A stretch of DNA of 64,000 nucleotides from Eledone cirrhosa (lineage: Eukaryota): positions 34,038,001-34,102,000 of the forward strand of contig OZ024755.1 in assembly GCA_964016885.1 (NCBI GenBank). Reading direction: 5' to 3'. Position 1 is the stretch's first letter; each line of letters opens with the position of its first letter. The notes beneath the pieces are model-generated. The model saw nothing but the letters and a program-made list of their open reading frames with translations, did no database searches and was not told where the DNA came from. The position numbers and the translations under genes are program-made. This document shows positions 29,723 through 40,047 of the stretch, piece after piece.

Positions 29723-30195
29723 TTTGCCAAATGCTAAATTTGCCAGGTTTGTGATGTGATGCGTGTGGGATGGTATTGATTATACAAGAGATTATGTGGG
29801 TGGGAGTGATTACGGGGGTGGGAGTGGGAGGTGGAAACGATGGGAGTGATTAAGAAGGCAGTAGTGTGGGTGGGGAGGATAGGAATGATTATGAGAGTGG
29901 TAGTAGGGGGGGGGGGTGATTACTAGGGTGGTAGTGGAGAAGGGGAGGATACAATACAGGAAGAGTAGTTCTTAGAAAATGTTAACCTTGACTTCATTCT
30001 TCAATCTCTGTCATGACCTTGTGTGTCTGTTACATTGCCACTCACTCATTCTCTCTCTCTCTCTATCTCTCCTTCATCTCTCTATCTATCTACCTATGCC
30101 ATGTATCATATCTATCTATTTATCTGTTTATCTACCTATCTATCTGTCTGTCTATGTATTTATCTATTTACCTACCTATCTATCTATCTATCTGT

Positions 30196-31815
30196 TTACT
30201 AAAAGGTGGGTGAATGAAGCGAAAATGGCCCGAGTGATTGGGCCTTCTCTGTTTATAAGCCTGTAGGTTGAGGAAGAGAGCAAAAGGAAGAAAGGAGCAC
30301 TTGCACAACACGCTCCTGGAGTTGAGGGTTGTTCTATCGACGGGGTATTAAACAACCCATTTGTGGCGCCTCCCCTCTATTGGGGATTTCGATTGTTGAA
30401 ATTGTTTGTTTTTATATTTTTTACACGACTGTATGTAAAATCCCCGGCATGTCTTTGTATTGTCCCCTTTTCTTGTTGCACCCTTGTGGCTAATAAAGAA
30501 ATCTATCTGTTTATCTATCTATCTATCCATGATCAAAACGCCTCCCCCTATTGGGGATTTCAATTGTTATTTGTTGTTTTATTAATAGCTTTATTTTCAT
30601 ATACCTGTATGTAAACTCCCCATTTGTATTTGTCCCCTTCTTTTGTCCCCTTGTGGCTAATAAAGAAATTTATCTATCTATCTACGAGGGTAATTCCAAA
30701 AGTAAGGTCTCCAAAGCGATGGGGACGCAGAGAAACTGTTCGTATGGCTGTTGGCAACACTGTTGTGATTGGTGCTTCCTTCACTCCCAAACAAGCATGC
30801 GCGCGCTTCGCAGGGATGCTCAATCTTGGCTTGGCAGCCGCTGAGAATGGAGCTCTCGTTGAATGTTACCGCCAAGTGCGTATTTTGCGCAGTTATTATA
30901 TAGAGGGCAATCCCAAAAGTAAGGTCTCCTTCCAAGGAAAACATGAGTAAAGATCGGCGGATCACTCTGAATGCTCTCTGCATTTTGGTTCCCGAGTTTC
31001 CCGAAGCACCATCCACAGGATTTTAACGGAAAAGTTGCAATATCAGAAGGAGACCTTACTTTTGAGATTGCCCTCGTAGCTAGCTACCTCTGCCATCTAT
31101 ATATCTCTCTATATATCTATGCCATCTATCTATCTACCTATCTGTTTATTTACCTACCCCTCTATGAATCTACTTATCTATCTATCTATTTAACGTGTTC
31201 CTGGTGTTGAGGGTTGTTCTATCCACGGGGTGTAAAACAACCCCGCAGTAGCATAACCCCCCCCCCCCCCCCCCCACACACACACACCTAATGGGGGTTT
31301 CAATTGTTTTATATTTATATAGTTTATTGTTATTTATCATTGTTAAAGATCTAATGTAAAACCCCCGCTGTCATGTCTTGTCCCATTTTTGTACGCCCCT
31401 GTGGCAAATAAAGAAAGATATCTATTTATCTATCTATCTATCTATCTGTCTGTCTATGTATTTATTTATTTATCTATCTGTCTGTCTATGTATTTATTTA
31501 TTTATCTATCTATCTACCTATCTATCTATCTGCCCGGGCGTGGAACTACGCAGAACAACCGCTGTCGCGTATGGGACAAATCTAGTTGACTGCCGAGTCC
31601 ATAGTAAGGATCAAACCGCCAACTTCTTTCAAAAATGAAAGAGAGGCGATTTTTCTCTGTATGGTGGCTCTGGTGAATGAGATTACATGGTGGACGAGAT
31701 TGAGAGGACTGAGGACAGATGCCTTTCTCTCCGGACAACTCATTCCCTTCTTTAGGTACCACTTTAGAAGGAGAATCACGGGAAAGGCAAACGCCCATAC
31801 AGCTTGGCGTTAGTG
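30196..31815 (+). mobile_element. Stack of probable Tx1/L1-type LINE 3' fragments in a (TATC)n microsatellite
   Basis: Three related 3' ends (…gtggctaataaagaaa at ~30500 and ~30660; gtggcaaataaagaaa at ~31410), each running into tatc repeats. ORF-end-like peptides KRWVNEAKMARV…* and …IFLCMVALVNEITWWTR…. Clade assignment is inferred. Confidence 0.5.
30685..31076. mobile_element. mariner-type MITE with TA target duplication and an internal third TIR
   Basis: TA-cgagggtaattccaaaagtaaggtctcc ... ggagaccttacttttgagattgccctcg-TA, with an extra gagggcaatcccaaaagtaaggtctcc at ~30903-30929. Confidence 0.9.
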
Positions 31816-32545
31816 TCATCACAACTCATGTTTCACAGCTAAGTGGACTGGAGCAATGTGAAATAAATCAAGCCCAAGAATTGAACTCATGACCTTGCAC
31901 TAATCATTAAGTCACATGCATTCAATGATGTATTCACATTTAGTTGGAGATTTTATGAGGATGTTCAACCAATATTTATTGTGTTAGACTTTAATTACAC
32001 TCAACAACAGAAATACATCTTACATTTGTTTCAAACAAGTTCTCTAATGGATGAGAGAAAAAAGTATAATTAATTACAATCATAGCCATGGTGAGCAGGA
32101 AAAAAACCATTAATGAAATGATTAGTTCCAGTTGAGAAAAGCGGAGGCTGCAAAACCTAAATTATATATATATGTGTACATATATATACAGACACACACA
32201 TACACATGTAGTTATATATTAGAGATGTGGTTGTTTGTAATAACAGGGGGAACTATATAAACAAAAAAATCTATACTTAAGAAATAGAGTATTTTGATAG
32301 ACACTTATAGAAAAGTTTGTAACTTTGTTTCATTAACTGTATGAATTCTTAAGAGATTTTGTAAAAGACAGATATAATTATTTCTTTATTCGCCACACAG
32401 GGTCCACATTAAGGAAACATTAAAGATGATACAGCACGACACGGTGTTGGTTCTTCTATGTGTAGAATAAAATTTATAAAAGACTAAGAAAATAAACATT
32501 TAAAACAAACATAACAAATTCCCCAAAGGTAAGGAGACTTTAAGG

Positions 32546-33105
32546 CAGGCATGTCAAAGTGAGGGTCTTCCACGGGCCACATGGGTCACATATGTGTTGT
32601 CTGAGAACCACATGGGACACAGATGTGTCGTCTGAGAGCCACATGGGTCACATATGTGTCGTCTGAGGGCCACATGGTTCACATATGTGTCGTCTGAGGG
32701 CCACATGGGTAACAGATGTGTCGTCTGAGGGCCACATGGATCACATATGTGTCGTCTGAGAGCCACATGGGTCACAGATGTGTCGTCTGAGGGCCACATG
32801 GGTCACATATGTGTTGTCTGAGGGCCACATGGGTCACATATGTGTTGTCTGAGGGCCACATGGGTCACATATGTGTTGTCCGAGGACCACATGGGTCACA
32901 TATGTGTTGTCCGAGGACCACATGGGTCACATATGTGTTGTCCGAGGACCACATGGGTCACATATGTGTTGTCCGAGAACCACATGGGTCACATATGTGT
33001 TGTCCGAGAACCACATGGGTCACATATATGTTGTCCGAGGACCACATGGGTCACATGTGTGTTGTCCGAGGACCACATGGGTCACATATGTTTTCCGAGG
33101 GCCAA
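32546..33105. repeat. 31-bp minisatellite (~17 copies) directly inside a hAT-like terminus
   Basis: Unit gggccacatgggtcacatatgtgttgtctga, preceded by caggcatgtcaaag. The hAT-like TIR is inferred; no partner TIR was found. Confidence 0.85.
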
Positions 33106-33424
33106 TATTTTTTCTAAATTGATAAGAAAGATAACTTCTATTAATATTTCATGCTTTGATATTTGTACCATCATCATCACCGTTTACCGTCCATTTTTCC
33201 CTGCTTGCATGGGTCACACAGGTTGTCCTTGTTGATAGATATATCTGGCCAGGATTGGCCACACCGTACCTTGTATTGATGGGACTGTAAATTTGGCTGG
33301 GTCTTTTTAGAGCTGGATGCCCTTCCTAACACCAATCACAGTGTAGGACTAGATGGCACCACTATGAGGACGTGAGTGTGTTTTATATTGTCAGCTTCTC
33401 TGGAGATTGAGAAACCCCAGGAAA

Positions 33425-33830
33425 ATAATTATTTCTGCTTTAGGCACAAAGTCAGCAATTTTGAGAGAGGGGAAAGTCAATTAAATTGACCCCAGTGCGT
33501 GACTGGTACTTTATTTTATCGACCTCGTAAGGATGAAAGGCCAAGCTAACCTCGGTAGGACTTGCACTCAGACCGCAAAGGGCTGTAACTATGCTGTAAA
33601 TTATGGTGTTTGAAGCTCTACCGATACTGCCATTCTCCCTAAAAAAAAATAATTGTTTCTATATTTGGCACAAGGCCAGCAATTATCCCAGTGTATTACT
33701 GGTACTTTATTTTATCGACCCCGTAAGGATGAAAGGCAAAGTCAACCTCGGCGGGATTTCAACTCAGACCGTAAAGGGACGTAACTCTTTGCTGAAAAAC
33801 ATGGCGTCCGACCCTCAACCAATACTGCCA
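33425..33830 (-). mobile_element. Two tandem family B Meta-like SINEs
   Basis: Same motif as the other family B copies. Confidence 0.8.
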
Positions 33831-34513
33831 AGAAAATAATGCTTGCTGTAGAGGTTAGAGTTTTCTCTCTTCCATTTGAGATAAAATTTTATGTGGAACA
33901 AGTTATTAAGAGCTTACACATTTTTTTAATTAAAAGGAGATTATTTGCTTACTACCGATGTTTAAAGCCATATTACTTAATGCTGTGTAAGATTAAGCCC
34001 ACTCTATGTATCTATATATTATCAACATCATTTAACATTTACTTTTGCTGCTAACAAGGCACAGATGGGTTTACATAGACCGAGTCAGTAAGTACTAAAG
34101 CAGGGCTAATAACCTCCTAGACAGGCCATGAGAACTGCCTCTTGAGAATGTATAGTCTCACATTCTACTGAATACATATATATATTTAACCAAAATTAAA
34201 TTAAGAGTGTCATGTCTGAGGGACAAGCGCCATACCTCTGTAGAATATGCTCAAAGATTCCAATGAAACAATCAATGAAATATATACAAAGGAGATTAAT
34301 CATTTTAAAAGGTATCTATATTTGAAGTCCTAGTTAAACTTTAATTAGTTACCTACCTACCTGTGTGTGATTACACACTTTACAAACTATTCCCTGTGAT
34401 TGTTTCATATGTTTATTTTATAATAAATTTGCTGTGTATTCGTAATGTTACTCACACAACACCAGATTCTGCTATTTTTTCTTTTTTCGGGGTGACCACT
34501 TATAACAATGAAC

Positions 34514-34864
34514 GGCTGCGTGTTGGTATCACGTCAGGGTTACCAATATAGCGAAGATACTGGGTTGTATGAATGTAACAAGGAGACATGGTTTGTGTGT
34601 ATAATATTTAATCAACAATTTAACAGTATAGTTGACATGACAATGAATAAACGAAAGAATGAAGCAAAGTTAGTAGTTACCGTTTTGATTGCCAGGCAAA
34701 CGCAGGCTGGCAGAAGACGCCTGGCGAAGGGCTAATGAGAGAGTGAGAACTTAAAGTTGTTAGTTTTATAGGGTTCTGACTGGAAGTTACAGAAAGGGTT
34801 CTACTTCCCGTCTAGATGTTGTTAATCGATTGGGGTTGTGAGTCACAAAAAGGGAGACAACTGC

Positions 34865-34868
<4 letters not shown>
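34514..34868 (-). mobile_element. LTR (~322 bp, 34547-34868) plus tRNA-Trp primer-binding site of a Gypsy-like retrotransposon
   Basis: Minus strand begins TGTGGCAG, contains TATAAAA and ATTAAA, ends GCTATA, then one nt and TGGTAACCCTGACGTGAT. This is complementary (2 changes) to the metazoan tRNA-Trp 3' end ATCACGTCGGGGTCACCA. Confidence 0.75.
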
Positions 34869-34926
<58 letters not shown>

Positions 34927-35224
34927 AATCGATTTCTAGTTGATATAAATGCTCGGATCTATTCATTGGAATCTTTGAGCATATTCTAAAGAGGTATGCC
35001 GCTTGTCTCTCAGACATGACATCCTTAAGTTAATTTTGGTTATATATACGGCTTCTTAATTGTAGAGCTAACTCAGTTGAAATGACTCGGCTGCTATTTC
35101 TCGCTGTCGATAATCCTATTCACGCCACTGGGATGACGCTGGTACGATGTATGTATTTTTTTTTTAAATGCAACACGTGCTTCCAGTCATTCGCAGATTT
35201 ACATTTGTTGTATAAACACAGTTA

Positions 35225-35322
35225 AATCTCCTTTGCTAATGATCCGGGATGTGACTACTGTGATTTACCGATTGATGGTGAAATATATTTCTTTATTTAA
35301 TGAAATATATACAAAGGAGATT
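35225..35322 (+). ncRNA. Degenerate type-I hammerhead (G5>A)
   Basis: AATCTCCTTTG-CTAATGA-~60 nt-GAAA-TATA-TA-CAAAGGAGATT. Perfect 11-bp stem I and palindromic stem III, but a core mutation and unclear stem II. Confidence 0.5.
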
Positions 35323-35475
35323 AATCATTTTAAAAGGTATCTATATTTGAAGTTCTAGTTAAACTTTAATTAGTTACCTACCTAGCTGTGAGTGATTACA
35401 CACTTTACAAATTATCCCCTGTGATTGTTTCATATGTTTATTTTGTATATATATATATGTCAATCGATTTCTCGT

Positions 35476-35512
<37 letters not shown>

Positions 35513-35564
35513 CATGCTAGCGTGAAAAATGGACATATTATGATGATATACATATATATACACA

Positions 35565-35620
<56 letters not shown>

Positions 35621-35639
35621 TGTATAGGTATATAAATGG

Positions 35640-35905
35640 TGTAGGTCAGAACAAAGGAGAGACAAAATAAAAACCTAGTCACTGAAGAGGTCACAGAATG
35701 TGTGACGAAAGAGCGTTGACAATATATTAACAACTTTCTGATTATCAAACCAACCAACCAACCAACCGGAAATTTATAAAAATTGAAGTGAAAACCAACA
35801 GGTGCATGTGTTTTTATTGGCAACATGACCCTCCCAAAGTATAACAATATCTGTTTCAACACACGTTTTCAGATAAGAAATCTCGCAAAACAAATTTAAA
35901 AACGA
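35640..35905 (+). repeat. ~260-bp dispersed repeat carrying a degenerate hammerhead at 35678-35720 (opposite-strand copy ~62797-63068)
   Basis: GTCA-CTGAAGA-g-GTCACA-gaatg-TGTGAC-GAAA-gagcgt-TGAC. Flanked by (TA)n; flanking sequence is homologous to the 62.8-63.1 kb copy. Confidence 0.7.
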
Positions 35906-36132
35906 ATATATATATGTCTGATGTATCTTATCCTAAGATTAGATAAAGCAAAATACAAAGATTCAATAAATGTGGAATGTAAAGTATATTTATTTGATTA
36001 AATATAATATCCTATGGTTTGCAAGCCCATTTTGTTATTTATATAGCTCTTCAGAAAATATTTCTGTTGAGCTATAAGAATAACAAAATGAGTCTATAGA
36101 TTAGAGATGTAATTCTTAATAAATTATATATA

Positions 36133-36973
36133 TCATCATCATCATCATCATCAACGTTTAACGTCCGTGTTCCACGCTTGCATGGGTTTGGATGGGGGTA
36201 GTCCCACTTGAGGCAAGAGTGATTGTCTTGCTCGCATAGGACTGTCTGGCAGGTTTTCTACAGTTGGATGCCCTTCCTAACACCAACCACATTTACAGTG
36301 TGGACTGGGAGCTTTTTACCGTGTTGCCTACACGGCCACATTACAGCGTGGACTGTGTGTTTTTTTGTCGTGACACCTACACGATCTCATTTGTTTCGGC
36401 CTGGATGGTGTGGCACCAACACAACTTTACATAGAACGGGGTGGCGTGGATGGGGTGGGGGTGTTGGGACCGGGGGGGGGGGGGTATTTTGTTAGAGATG
36501 CCTACTGGTTGTAGTAGGTTTTACTATGTATTTAGGTAAGGCGGGTCTTCTCTGTTACTGAGTACCGCCAAAGGTCTCGGTCCAGTGACATTGTCTTGGA
36601 GAGGTGTAAGTGTGTGAGGTCAGAGTTTATCAGCTCGTCTCAGGTTTTTCTAGGTCTGCCTATTCCGTGACTACCGTCTATCTTTATTGCCCTGCACTTT
36701 GTTATACAGCTATCGACTTTCATGCGCATCACGTGTCCATACCAACGCAGCCTTCTCTCGAGTAAACAACATCTGATCCCTCTTATTTCTAATTTTTTCC
36801 TTAGTTCGTTTATGCTTTGCCGTTCACGTATATTACTGTTACACATCCAGCGGAGCATGCAAGCTTCGTTCCTCTCTAGTCTGCGTATATCCTCTGCACA
36901 CAATGCCCAGGTCTCACTGCCATGCAGCATTGCTGTTCGTATGCAGGCATCGTACAACCTGCCTTTCATTTTT
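36133..36973 (-). mobile_element. 5'-truncated RTE-clade LINE (ORF C-terminus, 3'UTR, (GAT)n tail)
   Basis: KGRLYDACIRTAMLHGSETWAL…RRLRWYGHVMRM…GRPRKT*DELINSDL…DLWRYSV; ORF stop at ~36532; catcatcat tail. Confidence 0.9.
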
Positions 36974-36992
36974 AGATATATATATATATATA

Positions 36993-37465
36993 TCTTCTCT
37001 GGCTTCTTAATATTCTCTACCAGATATTTTGTCTTAATCTCATTCATTCTCAGCCCCACACTCATCGACACAGTCTCAACCTCCTGCATCAAATCCTCTG
37101 CCTCCTTCACTGTGTTTGTCACCAAAACTATGTTGTCGGCAAATTCAGCATCCGATATCTTTTTTGCCTTAACTCTCCTGCTCTGAGCTGCGAGAATTGG
37201 TTGAGGACTTCCTGTATTTGGGAGCAAAGATTGGGAATACGGAAGATGATGTGGTCGAGAGGAAGAGCAAAGCCTGGGTGGCGTGCCAGAGCTTGAGACC
37301 GGTGTGGAAGTCGGTCCATTAGTAAAGACCTGAAGATCCACCTCTTCATTGCTGTTGTGGAGTCTGTGCTGCTGTACGGGTCTGAGACTTGGACACTGAC
37401 CAAGAAACTCACTCAGATGGTGGATGGGTGCTACACGAGAATGCTGAGGATGGCTCTGAACATTA
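36993..37465. pseudogene. LINE RT fragment split into two oppositely oriented pieces
   Basis: Minus 36993-~37170: ISDAEFADNIVLV…VGLRMNEIKTKYL (RT YADD-like motif). Plus ~37195-37465: VEDFLYLGAKI…ESVLLYGSETWTLTK…CYTRMLRMALNI, which is the normal downstream continuation. Confidence 0.8.
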
Positions 37466-37490
37466 ATACTCTCTTATATATATATGTATA

Positions 37491-37572
<82 letters not shown>

Positions 37573-37655
37573 GAAAAGGTAAACAGAAATAACACAATCA
37601 GTACAGTATATGGAAGAAATATATTGGGTTAACACTTGAAATAGCAGGAAGAGGG

Positions 37656-37691
37656 TCTTAACGTTTCGGATGCTAGTCCTTCATCAGAAGA
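37656..37691 (-). ncRNA. Minimal type-I hammerhead ribozyme
   Basis: Minus strand: TCTT-CTGATGA-a-GGA-ctagca-TCC-GAAA-CG-TT-AAGA. Palindromic AACGTT stem III, triplet GUU. A decayed paralog lies at ~39650-39720. Confidence 0.75.
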
Positions 37692-37844
37692 AAGAATAAG
37701 AAATAAGATAGATTGAAGGGACAGGCGGAGCGGAATCGGAAAAAAATGTCTTTAGATAAAAATAACAGGTTCATTCATGTTGACATTTCTTTGTTAAATA
37801 TATATATATATAAATACATACATACACACATATATATATAACAG

Positions 37845-38104
37845 ACCTTCCTGCCAGATTGTTGAACGTATATACTTACCTTATGCATATTAACGGCTGA
37901 GTAGCCCAATTTGCATATCGAGTGGGTTAATCGGCCGAGTGCACCGAAAACGATAAACGGAAAAAAATGAAATTTTGTTTCATTTTTTTCGTTTATCGTT
38001 TTCGGTGCACCCGGCCTATTAACCCACTCGATATGCAAATTGGGCTACTCAGCCGTTAATATGCATAAGGTAAGTATATACATTCAACAATCTGGCAGGA
38101 AGGT
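37845..38104. repeat. Near-perfect palindrome, ~128-bp arms and 5-nt loop
   Basis: accttcctgccagattgttgaa…atgaaa-ttttg-tttcat…ttcaacaatctggcaggaaggt. Confidence 0.95.
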
Positions 38105-38106
38105 AT

Positions 38107-38149
38107 ACGTTGCTGACGATAGCTAATAAGCTTGAAACTAGTACAGCGT
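38107..38149 (+). ncRNA. Minimal type-I hammerhead ribozyme candidate
   Basis: ACGTTG-CTGACGA-t-AGCT-aata-AGCT-t-GAAA-CTAG-TA-CAGCGT. 6-bp stem I with one G-U, palindromic ACTAGT stem III, triplet GUA. U-U at the base of stem II is atypical. Confidence 0.7.
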
Positions 38150-38373
38150 TCCTTTGTCAGTGTTGAACAAACGAGCAACGATGATTGCTAGACACTACGG
38201 CTTAATAAATGTTCGGTGAATCCATACGTACATATATATGTATGTGTGCATGTATGTATATATACATACTACTATACGTCTGTATACATATATGTATGTA
38301 CGTGTACATACTTATATTTAAGTAACAGCCATACTAAGAGTGGAAAATGAAATTTTTCGTTTCATTTTTTTCC

Positions 38374-38450
<77 letters not shown>

Positions 38451-38649
38451 TACATAAATATGAATATGAGTGTGTGTGTAATTATGTGTGTGTGTGTGTA
38501 ATTATATGTGTGTGTGAGTATGTGCTAAATTCTAATTTCCAGATATGTTCTACAGATATTGCTAAACCCCAAAATTGATTCCCAACCATTTAGCTGGAAA
38601 AAAGGTAGTACAGAGAAAAAATACAATATTATTAAAGAAACAAAAACAT

Positions 38650-39040
38650 AGTAGTGATAGTAGAAGTGGTGGTAGTAGTAGTGGTGGTGGTAGTGGTGGT
38701 GGTAGTAGTAGTGGCGGTGGTAGTAGTAATGGTGGTGGGATAGTAGTAGTAGTGATAGCAGAAGTGGTAGTGGTGGTGGTAGTAGTAGCAGTAATGGTGG
38801 TGGTGTAGTAGAAGTGGTAGCAGTAGTAATGGTAGTGGTAACAGTAGTGGTGGTGGTAGTAATGGTGGTGGGGTAGTAGTAGTAGTAGTAGAAGTGGTAG
38901 TAGTAGTAATGGTGGTGGTGGTAATATTAGTTGTAGTGGTGGTGGTGGTAGTAGCAGTAGCAGTGGTGGTAGTAGTAGTAGTAGAGGTGGTAGTAGTATC
39001 AGTGGTGATGGTAGTAGTAGAGGTGGTGGTAGTAGTAGAG

Positions 39041-39083
<43 letters not shown>

Positions 39084-39284
39084 AGGTGGTGGTAGTAGTA
39101 GTAGTAGTACTAGTAGTAGAGGTGGTAGTAGTAGTAGTAACAATATGAATTAAAGCAAAAGCTATTGTTTTTTCCTATCATTTATTCCCTATTTTCTCTC
39201 TTTATCCATTTTTTATTTCTCCTCAATGAAACAAAAATATTTGAAACAAAACATTTCATGTCTGTGTTTAAATACAGATGACTA

Positions 39285-39316
<32 letters not shown>

Positions 39317-39382
39317 ATGGTGGTGGGATGGGGATGATGATGACGATGATGACGGTGATGATGATGATGACGATGATGACGG

Positions 39383-39435
<53 letters not shown>

Positions 39436-39540
39436 GTGGTGATGAAGATAATGATGAAGATAATGATGATGATGATGATGAAGATAATGATGATGATGGT
39501 GGTGATGATGACGACAGCGGCGGTAGTGATGATGGTGATC
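38650..39540. repeat. (AGT/GGT)n and (GAT)n microsatellites
   Basis: Direct reading (38650-39140 and 39284-39540). Confidence 0.9.
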
Positions 39541-39864
39541 TGTCTTATTGAGCACATGTAGAAATCGTAGTTGGTTTGCTTAGCAAAATCTAGTTCTTGA
39601 AACAAAAACAACAAAACAAATGGCACAATACAAGGAAGTAATATATTAGTTTAACGCTTGAAATAGCAGGAAGAGAGTCTTAGAGTTGTGGACATTAGTC
39701 TTTCATCAGAAGATAGAGTTAGAAATAGAAGATAAATAGAAAGTAAAAAGTAATGAGAGAAAGGTACGGGGAAAAGGAGGAAAATATGTATGCAAACACA
39801 CACATACGCACACATATGTATGTAAACACACACACACACATATACATACACACATATATGTGTG

Positions 39865-39905
<41 letters not shown>

Positions 39906-40047
39906 TCATCATCATCATTTTACGTCCGCTTTTCCCTGCTGAGACATTTTAAAGAATAGGTGATGACACAGGACCGTGATCTCTGGCATTAAGCAGTAAT
40001 ATAGAAGATTCGACTTCCCACGGGAACAGTATGCCCCCACTCCCATC

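Larger units (their letters stand above)
34184..35445. repeat. Mixed inverted (34184-34267 / 34962-35045) and direct (34275-34420 / 35299-35443) repeats
   Basis: aaccaaaattaa…ctcaaagattccaatgaa is the reverse complement of ttcattggaatctttgag…ttaattttggtt. aatgaaatatatacaaaggagatt…catatgtttatttt occurs twice. Confidence 0.85.
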
